Positions 47,575 to 57,323 of a DNA stretch of 64,000 nt are shown here, piece by piece. The notes under the pieces are model-generated. The model saw only the letters and a program-made list of their open reading frames with translations. It did not search any database and was not told where the DNA came from. The position numbers and the translations under genes were made by a program. Each line of letters starts with the position of its first letter. The stretch's first letter is position 1. The DNA comes from Synechococcales cyanobacterium CRU_2_2 (lineage in GTDB: Bacteria; Cyanobacteriota; Cyanobacteriia; PCC-9006; JAAUQQ01): assembly GCA_012034805.1 (NCBI GenBank), contig JAAUOP010000007.1:1003-65002 (forward strand). Direction: 5' to 3'.

Positions 47575-48606
47575 ATGCAGGCTTACGGCAACGGAACCGT
47601 TCGATATGATTGGTGGGCGGGCAACGCCCGTTTTGCGGATCGCTCTGGTTTATTTATTGCGGCTCACGTGGGGCAAGCCGCCCTGACCATGCTCTGGGCT
47701 GGCTCCTTTACACTGTTTGAACTCTCTCAATACGATGCCTCAATCCCGATGGGAGACCAGGGACTGATTTTGCTCCCTCACCTGGCGACCTTGGGTTTGG
47801 GCGTCGGGGATGGCGGTCAAGTCGCAGATTTGTATCCGTACTTTGTTGTGGGCATGGTGCACCTGATTTCTTCTGCTGTTTTGGGTGCAGGCGCTTTGTT
47901 TCATACCCTACGCTGCCCTCAAAAACTCAGCGAGGCCAGCGGTAATGCCAAAAAATTCGACTTTAGCTGGGATGACCCCAAGCAACTGGGTATGATTTTG
48001 GGTCATCATCTCCTGTTTCTGGGAGCTGGGGCATTGTTGTTTGCCTGGAATGCGTCCCACTGGGGCGGTTTGTATGATGCCAATCTGCACCAAGTTCGTC
48101 TGGTCACCGAGCCCACGCTCAACCCTGCGGTTATCTATGGCTATCAAACCCACTTTGCTTCCATCAACAATCTTGAGGATCTAGTGGGCGGTCATATCTT
48201 TGTGGGTTTAATGCTCGTAGGCGGTGGTGTTTGGCATATTTTGGTGCCACCGATGGCTTGGGCCAAGAAAGCATTGATCTTCTCGGGTGAGGCAATCCTG
48301 TCCTATTCCCTAGGCGGCATTGCCTTGGCCGGGTTCGTCGCAGCTTACTTCTGTGCGGTGAATACCCTGGCCTACCCATCGGAGTTCTACGGCGCGCCCC
48401 TTGTGATCAAGTTCGGTGTCTGCCCCTATTTTGCAGAAACGGTCGATTTGCCCAATGGTGCCCATAGCGCTCGAGCCTGGCTAGCCAATGCACACTTTTT
48501 CTTGGCATTCTTCTTCTTGCAGGGTCACCTTTGGCATGCGCTGCGGGCAATGGGGTTTGACTTTCGCAAGGTTGAAGCGTGGCTGAATGAGACGGCTAGC
48601 GCTTAG
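47575..48606 (+). CDS. isiA: Iron-stress-induced chlorophyll-binding protein IsiA (CP43')
   Basis: [24 protein letters not shown], ...[31 protein letters not shown]. 343 aa. Followed by flavodoxin. Confidence 0.9.
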   Translation: MQAYGNGTVRYDWWAGNARFADRSGLFIAAHVGQAALTMLWAGSFTLFELSQYDASIPMGDQGLILLPHLATLGLGVGDGGQVADLYPYFVVGMVHLISSAVLGAGALFHTLRCPQKLSEASGNAKKFDFSWDDPKQLGMILGHHLLFLGAGALLFAWNASHWGGLYDANLHQVRLVTEPTLNPAVIYGYQTHFASINNLEDLVGGHIFVGLMLVGGGVWHILVPPMAWAKKALIFSGEAILSYSLGGIALAGFVAAYFCAVNTLAYPSEFYGAPLVIKFGVCPYFAETVDLPNGAHSARAWLANAHFFLAFFFLQGHLWHALRAMGFDFRKVEAWLNETASA

Positions 48607-48677
48607 TAAAAAGCTTTGCAGTACAGTCGTTGTTTCAACAACCTAAGTTTGGGGCCATCCATGCATGTTGTCCCCTT

Positions 48678-48711
48678 GCCTGAGCGAACTGCGGCTCCAA
48701 TTCGCTCAGGC
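48678..48711 (+). other. 11-bp stem-loop between isiA and isiB
   Basis: gcctgagcgaa-12 nt-ttcgctcaggc. Could set the isiA:isiB transcript ratio. Confidence 0.45.
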
Positions 48712-48809
48712 GACCTGAGGAATTGAGCCCTGACTCCGACACAGCTTCTGGTAGCTCAGTTCCTCTTTCTTCTTGATTGTTTCGCTCATTCTGTTTTTCT
48801 AGATTTTTT

Positions 48810-49325
48810 ATGATGATGATTGGATTATTTTACGGTACACAAACTGGCAACACTGAGACGATCGCAGAACAAATCCAGGTTGCTTTTGGCGGTGATGGCA
48901 TCGTGACCCTGCACGAAATTTCTGACTCTGATGCCAGCACCTTTGGGCAGTATCAGCAGATTATCATTGGCTGCCCGACCTGGAATATTGGTGAGTTACA
49001 AAGTGACTGGGATGATTTTTATGAAGGCGATTTGAATCAAATTGATTTTTCGGGTAAGCAGGTCGCTTACTTTGGCCCTGGGGATCAGGTCGGTTATTCA
49101 GACAATTTTCAGGATGCCATGGGCCTGCTTGAAGAAAAAATTTCGGGCCTGGGTGGGGAAACAGTGGGACATTGGCCTACGGATGGGTACGAACATGATG
49201 CTTCTAAGGCAGTGAAAAACGGTAAATTTGTCGGCCTTGCCCTAGATGAAGACAATCAGCCAGAGCTGACAGACTCACGCATTCAAGCTTGGGTGGGTGA
49301 GCTCAAGCTTATTTTTGGGGTCTAG
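48810..49325 (+). CDS. isiB: Flavodoxin IsiB
   Basis: MMMIGLFYGTQTGNTETIAEQI is the FMN phosphate loop. Long-chain flavodoxin length (171 aa). Confidence 0.92.
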   Translation: MMMIGLFYGTQTGNTETIAEQIQVAFGGDGIVTLHEISDSDASTFGQYQQIIIGCPTWNIGELQSDWDDFYEGDLNQIDFSGKQVAYFGPGDQVGYSDNFQDAMGLLEEKISGLGGETVGHWPTDGYEHDASKAVKNGKFVGLALDEDNQPELTDSRIQAWVGELKLIFGV

Positions 49326-49426
49326 AGGCATGAACACTCTAGCATTTCGATCGAGCAGACAAGAATCGTTTTCGGCATAGCCCTCCGGATCCAAACAGTC
49401 CTGGTATCTTCCTAAAGGTATTCCCG

Positions 49427-50215
49427 ATGAAACCAATGATCAATACTCAGGATGACAGTTGCGGTGTTAACAATAGTCCCATAGGGCAACACCTCCCCCT
49501 CGCTCCAACCGATGCCCTGTGGGTCAACCTCAGCCCCAATTTGTCGGTGTTTGACCAACCCCTTCTGCGAAATTTGGCCAAGCGCAGTTGTATTTCCCAG
49601 TGGCAATATATCCAGGAGGCGGATGAAGCTTGCGCGATCGAAGTTGCCCTCACACTTCTTCATGACCACCTCAAGCGCCGTGCCCAGCCGGTGCATTTGT
49701 TGGGCCATGGCGTGAGCGGGGCGATCGCCCTACTCTATGCCCGACTCCACCCCGAGCGAGTGCGATCGCTCACCCTCCTGGGCGTTGCCGAGCAGCCCGC
49801 CGTGACCTGGCACGCCCACTACTACGTGCAGCGCCACCTACTTCCCTGTGCCCAAAGCTGCGTGCTCGCGCAATTGGCCAAGAGTTTGTTCAATGACGAA
49901 CGTCCCTACCCGGCAGCGGCTTTGGTTCAGATTTTAGCGAAGGACTTGGCGCGATCGCCTCTCCTCCATTCTCTCTTTGACATTCAATCCTTGCCCCAGG
50001 GAGGTGTGCAGGTGCCCCTGATGGTGTGTGGTGCAACCCAAGATGCCATCGTTCATCCACCAGCCCTACAGGAGTGGCAACGCTGGCTCAAGCCCGGCGA
50101 TCGCCAATGGCTCTGCGAGCAAGGCGGACACTTTTTCCACTATTTTCAACCCCAGCAGGTGGGGCGGGAGGTGAGCCGGTTTTGGCGATCCTTAGCTCCG
50201 ATTCCCCAGCGCTAA
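49427..50215 (+). CDS. Alpha/beta-hydrolase-fold protein (position equivalent to isiC)
   Basis: VHLLGHGVSGAIALLYARLHPERVRSLTLLGV is the nucleophile-elbow region. Directly downstream of isiAB. Confidence 0.6.
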   Translation: MKPMINTQDDSCGVNNSPIGQHLPLAPTDALWVNLSPNLSVFDQPLLRNLAKRSCISQWQYIQEADEACAIEVALTLLHDHLKRRAQPVHLLGHGVSGAIALLYARLHPERVRSLTLLGVAEQPAVTWHAHYYVQRHLLPCAQSCVLAQLAKSLFNDERPYPAAALVQILAKDLARSPLLHSLFDIQSLPQGGVQVPLMVCGATQDAIVHPPALQEWQRWLKPGDRQWLCEQGGHFFHYFQPQQVGREVSRFWRSLAPIPQR

Positions 50216-50230
50216 TGTTGCCGCGTTTGA

Positions 50231-50249
50231 TAAAATGATAATCATTATC
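50231..50249. promoter_or_regulatory. Fur box
   Basis: taaaATGATAATCATTATC. The 15 bases at 50235-50249 are identical to positions 5-19 of the classical consensus GATAATGATAATCATTATC. Lies 78 bp upstream of the Crp-family gene start. Confidence 0.7.
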
Positions 50250-50326
50250 GTTTTATTAAGCTTCATAGAATGCTGCTGTTAGGCAACTGTATTTCGAAGC
50301 TATACTTCTCCGAGGTTTCTAGCACC

Positions 50327-50982
50327 ATGACCCGTTTTGCCTATGCCGAACCGCTTCCGGCGGTGGCTTTAAGCCTTGTTCGTGCGCCCGCTCCAGATAA
50401 ACCCAGCGGTTTCAATCAACCTGGTGAGGTAGAGCCACCCTTTCGCAAGCATTTGCGGCGTCGCGAACGGTTGCCCCTGGACTCTAGGGCGCTGTGGGAG
50501 ATTGAATCTGGTTTTTTCGGTCGCTCACCTGGGATGAAGAGGGAAATCTCACCACTCTGGGGATTTGGGGGCCAGGAGAACACATGTCGATCGCCTTCTC
50601 CACGCTTTCGCCCTTGCATTTAGAATGTCTTACCTCCGGGTGCATCCGCCAGATCTCGAACGCAATGGACAATGCTAGCCATGATGAGATTGGAGAGCTG
50701 ATGCGTTTGAGAGCCCAACGTACCGAAGAGCTGCTCTATTTTCTGCAAATTCGCTGCACTCAAACGCGTATTCGCAGGATCTTAGGGTGGCTCGCCCAGC
50801 GTTTTGGTCGCTCAACATCCACGGGCATCTTGTTGCCCTTGAGGCTGACCCACCAAGAATGGGCGGATTTGATCGGCTCGACACGGGTTACTGTAACTCG
50901 ACTGATGAAGCAGCTACAACAGCAAGGAGAATTGGAACTTTGTGGCCGCTCTTTGATCGTCCACGGCTCGCTCGTGAATTAG
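50327..50982 (+). pseudogene. Crp/Fnr-family transcriptional regulator (IdiB-like), frameshift in a T6 run (50512-50517)
   Basis: ...RALWEIESGF / FRSLTWDEEGNLTTLGIWGPGEH... (cNMP-like barrel), then the HTH LRLTHQEWADLIGSTRVTVTRLMKQL. Confidence 0.7.
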
Positions 50983-51062
50983 ATGGATGCGGATAGCGGG
51001 AAAAACTAACCTTCGTCCAGGCCGAGCCCGAGATGGCAAGCGTGGGATAAGATGGGGCACGA

Positions 51063-51758
51063 TTGTCTTGCAGGCTATCCATGACAAGAACCCACTCTAG
51101 GCTGAGAATGCGGATGAGCGTGACGCAGTTGAGCGTGACGGTAGCTAGAACATTGGTCATCACCCTGGCGATCGCCGCCTGTAGTACACCTACAACCGAC
51201 CTACCTAAAGCAGGCCCGTCCAAAACCGGCCAGCTCAAAACCGATACAGCGAGACCGAGACTCCCAGCAGTCACCGGAACACCAGCGGCTGCACCGACAG
51301 CAAGCGAGGGCGATCGCGCCAAACCCTCCCAACCCCCAGCCGAACCTTCCCAGCTCCCGGCTCATAACGTCTCCGGGCAACCAGCCGCTTCACCCAAACT
51401 AGAAGCCTCCGCTCCAGCGGCACCCGGCAAGGTTGAAGTAAAAACAGCACCCACCCAAATTGCCATCAACGCCAGCGTTTGCGGCGCGGGCGGGCAAGCT
51501 GCCTACTTCGAAACCAAAAGCCAAGCGATCTACATTTGCCGTAGCGAAAACCAATCACTCACCTACATCGCAACGCCAAAGAAACAAGGCAATTCAATTT
51601 TTTTGCCCGCCACCGCGATTCCAGACGGCGATGAAACCGCCTACATGGCAGAAGACGGAGCACGCAGGTTTTTGATCGGCCCTGTCGGCTATCGGCTCGA
51701 AGAAAACGGTAAGGCGATCGCCCAAGAAAAGGTCATTCGCGATCGCCAATTTCCCTAA
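51063..51758 (+). CDS. Hypothetical exported protein or lipoprotein
   Basis: LVITLAIAACS lipobox-like, then a P/A/T-rich linker and a globular C-terminus. The start is ambiguous (Met codons at 51081, 51108 and 51114). Confidence 0.45.
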   Translation: MSCRLSMTRTHSRLRMRMSVTQLSVTVARTLVITLAIAACSTPTTDLPKAGPSKTGQLKTDTARPRLPAVTGTPAAAPTASEGDRAKPSQPPAEPSQLPAHNVSGQPAASPKLEASAPAAPGKVEVKTAPTQIAINASVCGAGGQAAYFETKSQAIYICRSENQSLTYIATPKKQGNSIFLPATAIPDGDETAYMAEDGARRFLIGPVGYRLEENGKAIAQEKVIRDRQFP

Positions 51759-52141
51759 TGTATCGAAACCGTATCCCAGCCACCGCCCTCTTCGCCAATG
51801 GCCAAGGTCGTCACCTCAAATGGGGGTTTGATCGGATGTTCGGGCTGCTCAATGGGCAGGGGATGAGGAATGGGCTTGGGCAGAGGTCTTGGGAAGGGCG
51901 GATGAGTGGGCCGACAAATCGGAAAGGGAGGACGAATGGGGAAGCCGGGGAAGTGGCCGCCTTCTTCTCCCAGCATTTTTGTCGTTGCGATCGATAAGCC
52001 GCCACTCACCGCAGCCGCGCCACCGGAGCCTGATGAGGAATGACTCGAAGAATCATCTGGCGTTGGACGGCCTTGCGCAGGCTGCTCCAAGGACTCACAG
52101 AGCTCTAGGTCAGCTAATTCGAAGGAAAAGGGATGTCTCAT
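51755..52141 (-). CDS. Pro-rich 128-aa hypothetical protein with a duplicated TT-x-[AM]-[LI]-GEEGG motif
   Basis: RBS gaggaag upstream. MRHPFSFELADLELCESLEQ..., TTKMLGEEGG ... PFPICRPTHPPFPRPLPKPIPHPLP ... TTLAIGEEGGG. No signal peptide. Same strand as, and downstream of, the lipase/Dev operon. Confidence 0.45.
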   Translation of the reverse strand: MRHPFSFELADLELCESLEQPAQGRPTPDDSSSHSSSGSGGAAAVSGGLSIATTKMLGEEGGHFPGFPIRPPFPICRPTHPPFPRPLPKPIPHPLPIEQPEHPIKPPFEVTTLAIGEEGGGWDTVSIH

Positions 52142-52273
52142 GAAGGCTTCCTCGTCAAAGGGTCGTTCAAACGTGATTGACCTGACTTTAGCGAAATGCC
52201 CGATTTGCGGGTTGCCATCCTGGCAGAAGTTTTCGCAAGATCTAGACCCAACTCCCCAACTCCTCCTAAAGAC

Positions 52274-54061
52274 TTACCTGACGAACCGAGGCTCTTCTAA
52301 GAGCGTAAAGAGCAAGTTATTGAGAATGGCCGTATCTCGGACGAGCTTGGCGTGCTCCTGCACATAAAAACTAATTCGACTCCAAGCGATCGGAGACTCC
52401 ATCCAGGACTGCTGCTGCGTGGGGAGCTGTTCCTCCAGTAGGGCATTCCTTCTCAAAACAACGCCGTCTCCCGGCCCTTGTTGAACCATTTTGAGTTTTC
52501 CTTTGGGATCAATCGCCACGACAGCAGGCGTCAAAAAACCATCCCCGGCAATGAGTTGTAAGTTCAACCCATCCGGCAAAGAAGCAGGGCGATCTAGGGC
52601 TTGGGTGAATCGCTCAGCCCGCTTCAAACAGCGCGACAGGTACTGTCGGGCGATCGCCTGACGCGCACTGACGCCCACTACATCGGGCAGCAAATAGCGC
52701 AACACTGGGTCACTTTTGGGGGAGAGCAACCCCCAGTGCATCCGCTCCCAGAGGGAGAGGTCAAATAAATTTGCAGCCGTTTGTGTTGGGGGCTTGGTCT
52801 CACTCAGTTCTAACACAGACTGATGTCGGGTTCGAGGCAACATCTGATAAAGTGATGGGAATGTTCCCCAGGTTGCCACCATCTTATCCGGTTTGCCTGG
52901 GCCAATTCCAACTTTACCCAGCCAAGAGCCCAAGTTCATCAGGGGATCGCTACCGGGTTTAGGAGGGTTGAGAAACTTTCCTTGGGTTAATTGAACCAAT
53001 GTTTCTAAGGTTCCCCCATTGGGGGGGCCGAGTAAAATAACGCGATCGACATAGCGTGCTCCAGCCCAAGTTATTTCTGGTAGAGGCCCTTGATCCGGCA
53101 AGGGGCGATCGCCATACAGGAGAAAATATCGTGTCAGCAATCCCCCCATCGAATGGGCGATAATATCAAATTTAATCTCAGCGGGCTCAAGACCCCAACG
53201 CTCCCTATATTCTTGGCGTAAGTACTCGCTTTTTTCTAAAATAAATTCGTTTAGAAGTTGTGCATTTTCGGCATTGTCCCTGCGCCAGTCATAGGCAAAT
53301 TGAAAGCGATCAAAATTATCATCTTTAGAACGGGCTTGCCGATCATTAGCTTGTTGATGGCTAGTTTTTTGATGACTAGCTTTTTGGTTGTTGACTTGTA
53401 CTTTGGTTTGTATTGAAGAGAGCGACTTTGAAGAATCGAGATTTGAAAATTGTGATTCTGCCTCTTTTTTGGCTACATTTGCTGCATTCTGGTTTGGGTT
53501 TGGGTTTGGGTTTGGGTTTGGGTTTGAATTTGAGTTTGAATTTGGATTTGGGTTTAGGCTCTGAAAATTTAGATCTTGTAAATTTCGATCTAATGAAGAC
53601 TGACTTGAGATTGAAAGACTACCATTGACAGTGCCTAGGGCCTCAATAATTTGTCGGTAGGAGTCTCTCTCCCAAATCCATCCCAATAGATTTGTTTTGC
53701 GACTAGGCTCAACTCGGTCAAATCTAACTGTATCCGAGATTGAATTATTGTGAATCGGCAGCGCAAGTTGGGTGAAATCGCTCTTGAGACTAAACTCGCC
53801 CCAAACTTTTTCATATTTGGTATTGACGAGACTAGAACCAAACATTCCTGGAATCAAAATAACTGGATTACGAATTTTTCCAGATCGTTGGATTAAATTA
53901 GTATAAACTCTCTGTAGCTCAACATTTACTTCAGGCGATTGTTCAGGCCAAGGTATAGAAATCCGATTCGAGCCGATCACAATTAATAGAGTCAAGAGAA
54001 ACAGGAGCTTTGATGTTTGCTTAATTCGGATAAATTTGAAGACTTTTCGGATTTTATTCAA
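52274..54061 (-). CDS. Membrane-anchored alpha/beta hydrolase, LCAT/PGAP1-like lipase or acyltransferase
   Basis: N-terminal TM helix. VILIPGMFGSSLVN (oxyanion region) and DIIAHSMGGLLTRYF (GxSxG). Low-complexity insert (NP/NS repeats). Confidence 0.65.
   Translation of the reverse strand: MNKIRKVFKFIRIKQTSKLLFLLTLLIVIGSNRISIPWPEQSPEVNVELQRVYTNLIQRSGKIRNPVILIPGMFGSSLVNTKYEKVWGEFSLKSDFTQLALPIHNNSISDTVRFDRVEPSRKTNLLGWIWERDSYRQIIEALGTVNGSLSISSQSSLDRNLQDLNFQSLNPNPNSNSNSNPNPNPNPNPNQNAANVAKKEAESQFSNLDSSKSLSSIQTKVQVNNQKASHQKTSHQQANDRQARSKDDNFDRFQFAYDWRRDNAENAQLLNEFILEKSEYLRQEYRERWGLEPAEIKFDIIAHSMGGLLTRYFLLYGDRPLPDQGPLPEITWAGARYVDRVILLGPPNGGTLETLVQLTQGKFLNPPKPGSDPLMNLGSWLGKVGIGPGKPDKMVATWGTFPSLYQMLPRTRHQSVLELSETKPPTQTAANLFDLSLWERMHWGLLSPKSDPVLRYLLPDVVGVSARQAIARQYLSRCLKRAERFTQALDRPASLPDGLNLQLIAGDGFLTPAVVAIDPKGKLKMVQQGPGDGVVLRRNALLEEQLPTQQQSWMESPIAWSRISFYVQEHAKLVRDTAILNNLLFTLLEEPRFVR
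53491..53556. repeat. Hexanucleotide microsatellite (ggtttg)x6 plus degenerate copies inside the lipase CDS
   Basis: Read directly. Encodes the NPNPNPNPNPN / NSNSNS tract on the minus strand. Confidence 0.9.
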
Positions 54062-54230
54062 GTGAATAGGCGAAAAAATCTAAGCTGAGAATTCAAAGAT
54101 TTTCGACGAAAAAAATGTTTAATAAAACCATAATCTACTAGAATCGTGACTTTTCTATGAAAATTAATAATTTTAGGACGATTTTGAGATCTGACCTGAT
54201 GCGACATTCGGATTTACCTTCTCTTTGTTT

Positions 54231-54932
54231 TTAATTAAATTTTGACAAGTTCACGACTTTTAAGCAGCCATCTTCTAAATTAATAATGCGATCAGCAATA
54301 TCTAAAATCCGATTGTCGTGGGTCACAATCAAGATCGTGCAGTTTTGTTGCTTTGCAAGCTGCTGCATGAGCTCTACGATCGCCCGACCACTCACTTTAT
54401 CCAAAGATGCTGTGGGCTCATCGGCTAGAATCAGCTGAGGTTGATGTACCAGGGCACGGGCAACAGCAACTCTCTGGTTTTGTCCGCCGGAAAGCTGATG
54501 AGGATAGGTGTTGCAGTAAGCACCTAAACCAACCTGAGTGAGAATTTGTTGCGATCGCCACACTGCCTCCTCCATCCCCATCGAATTGCTCAATACCAGA
54601 GGCATTTGAACATTTTGCTGAGCAGTCAGCGCTGTGAGTAGATTGTGAGCTTGGAAGATAAAACCAATCTTCTGCCGGGTGCGCTCTAAAATCTTTTCTG
54701 AGGCTCCCTGAATCGGATGACCTAAAACCTCAAGACTTCCCGCTTGTACAGATCTTAAACCACCAATTAAAGACAGTAACGTGCTTTTTCCCGAGCCAGA
54801 GGGGCCGTTCATAATCACAATTTCGCCGGGGTGAATATCCAGATCAATCTCAAAGAGAATCTGTTTGCGTAGGACAGACTTACCGTAGTAGTGATTCAGT
54901 TTTCTGGCGCTGATGATGGGCTTTAGGGACAT
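54231..54932 (-). CDS. DevA-family ABC exporter ATP-binding protein
   Basis: Walker A GPSGSGKST, signature LSGGQNQRVAVARAL, Walker B LILADEPTASLD. MacB/LolD-like. Confidence 0.85.
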   Translation of the reverse strand: MSLKPIISARKLNHYYGKSVLRKQILFEIDLDIHPGEIVIMNGPSGSGKSTLLSLIGGLRSVQAGSLEVLGHPIQGASEKILERTRQKIGFIFQAHNLLTALTAQQNVQMPLVLSNSMGMEEAVWRSQQILTQVGLGAYCNTYPHQLSGGQNQRVAVARALVHQPQLILADEPTASLDKVSGRAIVELMQQLAKQQNCTILIVTHDNRILDIADRIINLEDGCLKVVNLSKFN

Positions 54933-54979
54933 AGGTCTAACAGATCAAGATTGGGAAAGATTGGCGATCGCTGTGAAGT

Positions 54980-56173
54980 TCAGCCATAAACATCAGCGGG
55001 GTCAAGGCGACGAAGCTTCTGGGACGCCAAGAAACCGGAAATTAGACACATCGACATTGTCAACAGAAAAACAAGATGAACCGTATTTGAGCTGGTACTG
55101 AGCACTAGTCCTGTCGCATTAGAAATTAGACGACACAACAAAACACTCAGCCAAAATCCGGGAATAAATCCAGCAATGGCAACTGTCATCGATTGGAGCA
55201 AAACGACTTGAATCAGATATAAGCGAGGATAGCCGATCGCCCGTAATGTTCCGTACTGAGGTACATTTTCATCTATGTTCGTATAAATAATATTATAGAC
55301 CATGACAATACCGACAACAAAGGCAAGCCCAGTACCCATTTCAAAGATAAAGCCAATGGCCGTCGAACGGATCCAAAATTTCGCTTCTTCTTCGAGTAGA
55401 CGCTGTTTCGTTTTGACAATAACATCTGTCGGCAATTCTTGATTTAATGCCTGAACAACTTGCTCAATATCGGCATTCGACTTGAGCTTAATTAGGCCCA
55501 GATCAACCTGTTGCGGTGAGGCTCGAATATTGCCTGCAATACCCGAGGGCTGGCTAACAAATAAATTAAAAAATGTCTGATCTCCCATGATTAAGTTGCC
55601 TTCAGCAACGAAGTTTGAACCCAGAGTAAATGTATCAGTAATCAGTACTGAATGGCCTGAAAGCTCTGCCTGTATACCAGAGTTGAGTGAACCATAAACT
55701 GCTTTTGAGCGACTATCTGCGAGAGTCGTGTAGCTTGTTTTCAGGCTTAGCTGCGCACGTTTGATCTCAGGAGTTAGAAAGACTGGGTACTCGGGATTAA
55801 AGGCAAAGATTCGAATCGGACGCTCTTCGCGGGCATTCAGGGCTCGCCAACTACCCAGCGTAATGTACAGCGGATAGGCATTTTTCACTGCTGCCATGCC
55901 TCTGGCTTGGTAGAGGCGGCTTTGGTCAAAGGTAATTTCTAGATGACTAACCCGTCGATTGCGGTGAACCATGATCAAATCGGCATCGAGCTCTCGAATA
56001 AAGGCAGCACTCGTGCTCGACACGGCGTAGCGAAAGCTGAGTTGGGAAAACATCAAAAAGACGACAAAGGCGATCGCCATTAATGCCGTCAGAAATTGAT
56101 CTCGGCGCTCAAACAAATTGTGCCAAGCGATAGAGCACTTAAAGAGAACAACCGGGATGCGCCTAAAAAACAT
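54980..56173 (-). CDS. DevC-family (FtsX-like) ABC exporter permease, copy 2
   Basis: N-terminus ...IAWHNLFERRDQFLTALMAIAFVVFLMFSQLSF. C-terminal FtsX 3-TM bundle with LRAIGY. Start at 56173 overlaps the upstream gene by 11 nt. Confidence 0.8.
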   Translation of the reverse strand: MFFRRIPVVLFKCSIAWHNLFERRDQFLTALMAIAFVVFLMFSQLSFRYAVSSTSAAFIRELDADLIMVHRNRRVSHLEITFDQSRLYQARGMAAVKNAYPLYITLGSWRALNAREERPIRIFAFNPEYPVFLTPEIKRAQLSLKTSYTTLADSRSKAVYGSLNSGIQAELSGHSVLITDTFTLGSNFVAEGNLIMGDQTFFNLFVSQPSGIAGNIRASPQQVDLGLIKLKSNADIEQVVQALNQELPTDVIVKTKQRLLEEEAKFWIRSTAIGFIFEMGTGLAFVVGIVMVYNIIYTNIDENVPQYGTLRAIGYPRLYLIQVVLLQSMTVAIAGFIPGFWLSVLLCRLISNATGLVLSTSSNTVHLVFLLTMSMCLISGFLASQKLRRLDPADVYG

Positions 56174-57323
56174 TGGCAGGATCCGCAGTAAAAATGCGAC
56201 GGGCAGCCCAACAGCCAGAGGTGCCACACATAGTCAAAGACAAGCCAAAAATCAGTCCCACTCGCCCGAGGGTCATGGCAATGGGCAATCGAGTGCTTAT
56301 CCAAATCAGCTGATAAAGCCCCAGCGAAACAAGAAAGCCGGGCACAAACCCGAGCAGCGCTAAAATTACCGCCTCCTGCAAAACAACATTAAACAAACGT
56401 TGATTGCTAAATCCGATCGCCTTGAGCACGGCATACTCTTGCAGATGCTCGCTGACGTCAGCATGGAGGACTTGATAGACAATCACACCCCCCACTAAAA
56501 CTGCCATCACAGCTCCGACACTGATCACAAAGCCTGTAGAAGTTGTTTTGACCCAGTAGGTTTGGTCTTTGGCGATCGCCTCCTGACGGCTCAAAATATT
56601 CACATTCAGCGGTAACTTTTCGCGTAAAGTTGCTAAAACAGCATCACCATCAGCTCCAGGTTCTAGTTTGATCAATCCCAAGTTAATCGCACTGAGGGAA
56701 CGTCCGGGGTGTAAACGGCTAAAGTTTTGGTCGCTGGTCAGCACAGTGCCATTGGCTCGAAGCGTATTGCTAAGGCGAAATTGACCAACAATTTCCACCA
56801 CGCGACCGCGTAGTTCTGTCCTGACACCAAGGGAGCGATCGCCAAATTCTGGCCTCGAAAACTGATTGATCAGCACCGTATCTTGGCGCTGGAGTTGAGT
56901 GGAGGAATGACTGAGTTCAAGATTTCTAAAAACAGAGTCTTGGGGCTTAAATCCAAGAATCATAATGCCCCAATTTTCCTGACTGGTCGGATTTCGCCAA
57001 GGTCCAAAGGAAATGTAAATTGGGGTCACCGCAGCAATCCCTTGAGCTCCAGCCGCCTGATAGAGAATTCGCTGATCGAACGGGTTAGAGAAACTCGCCT
57101 CCAAGGATTTGGAAGAAAGCAGCACAATGTCAAAATCTAAAGTGTCGTAGATCAAGCTCGCGGATTTCTTCACGGCTCCGAGTAAGCCGATTTGCAGAAA
57201 CATCAGAGCGGAAGCAAAGCTAATAGAAGAGACCGCCACTGCCAAACGTACTTTGTTTTGGGTCAAATTATGCCAAGGCAGGGCTGGCCCTCGCCAAGGA
57301 CGCCGCCTGATGCCGCTGGTCAT
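56163..57323 (-). CDS. DevC-family (FtsX-like) ABC exporter permease, copy 1
   Basis: LPWHNLTQNKVRLAVAVSSISFASALMFLQIGL. C-terminal LKAIGFS and 3 TM helices. ATGA overlap with the DevB-like gene. Confidence 0.8.
   Translation of the reverse strand: MTSGIRRRPWRGPALPWHNLTQNKVRLAVAVSSISFASALMFLQIGLLGAVKKSASLIYDTLDFDIVLLSSKSLEASFSNPFDQRILYQAAGAQGIAAVTPIYISFGPWRNPTSQENWGIMILGFKPQDSVFRNLELSHSSTQLQRQDTVLINQFSRPEFGDRSLGVRTELRGRVVEIVGQFRLSNTLRANGTVLTSDQNFSRLHPGRSLSAINLGLIKLEPGADGDAVLATLREKLPLNVNILSRQEAIAKDQTYWVKTTSTGFVISVGAVMAVLVGGVIVYQVLHADVSEHLQEYAVLKAIGFSNQRLFNVVLQEAVILALLGFVPGFLVSLGLYQLIWISTRLPIAMTLGRVGLIFGLSLTMCGTSGCWAARRIFTADPANVF

Noticed and set aside
52140-52367. 75-aa plus-strand ORF between the Pro-rich protein and the lipase
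   Set aside because: It overlaps the 3' end of the lipase gene on the opposite strand and has no RBS or motif.
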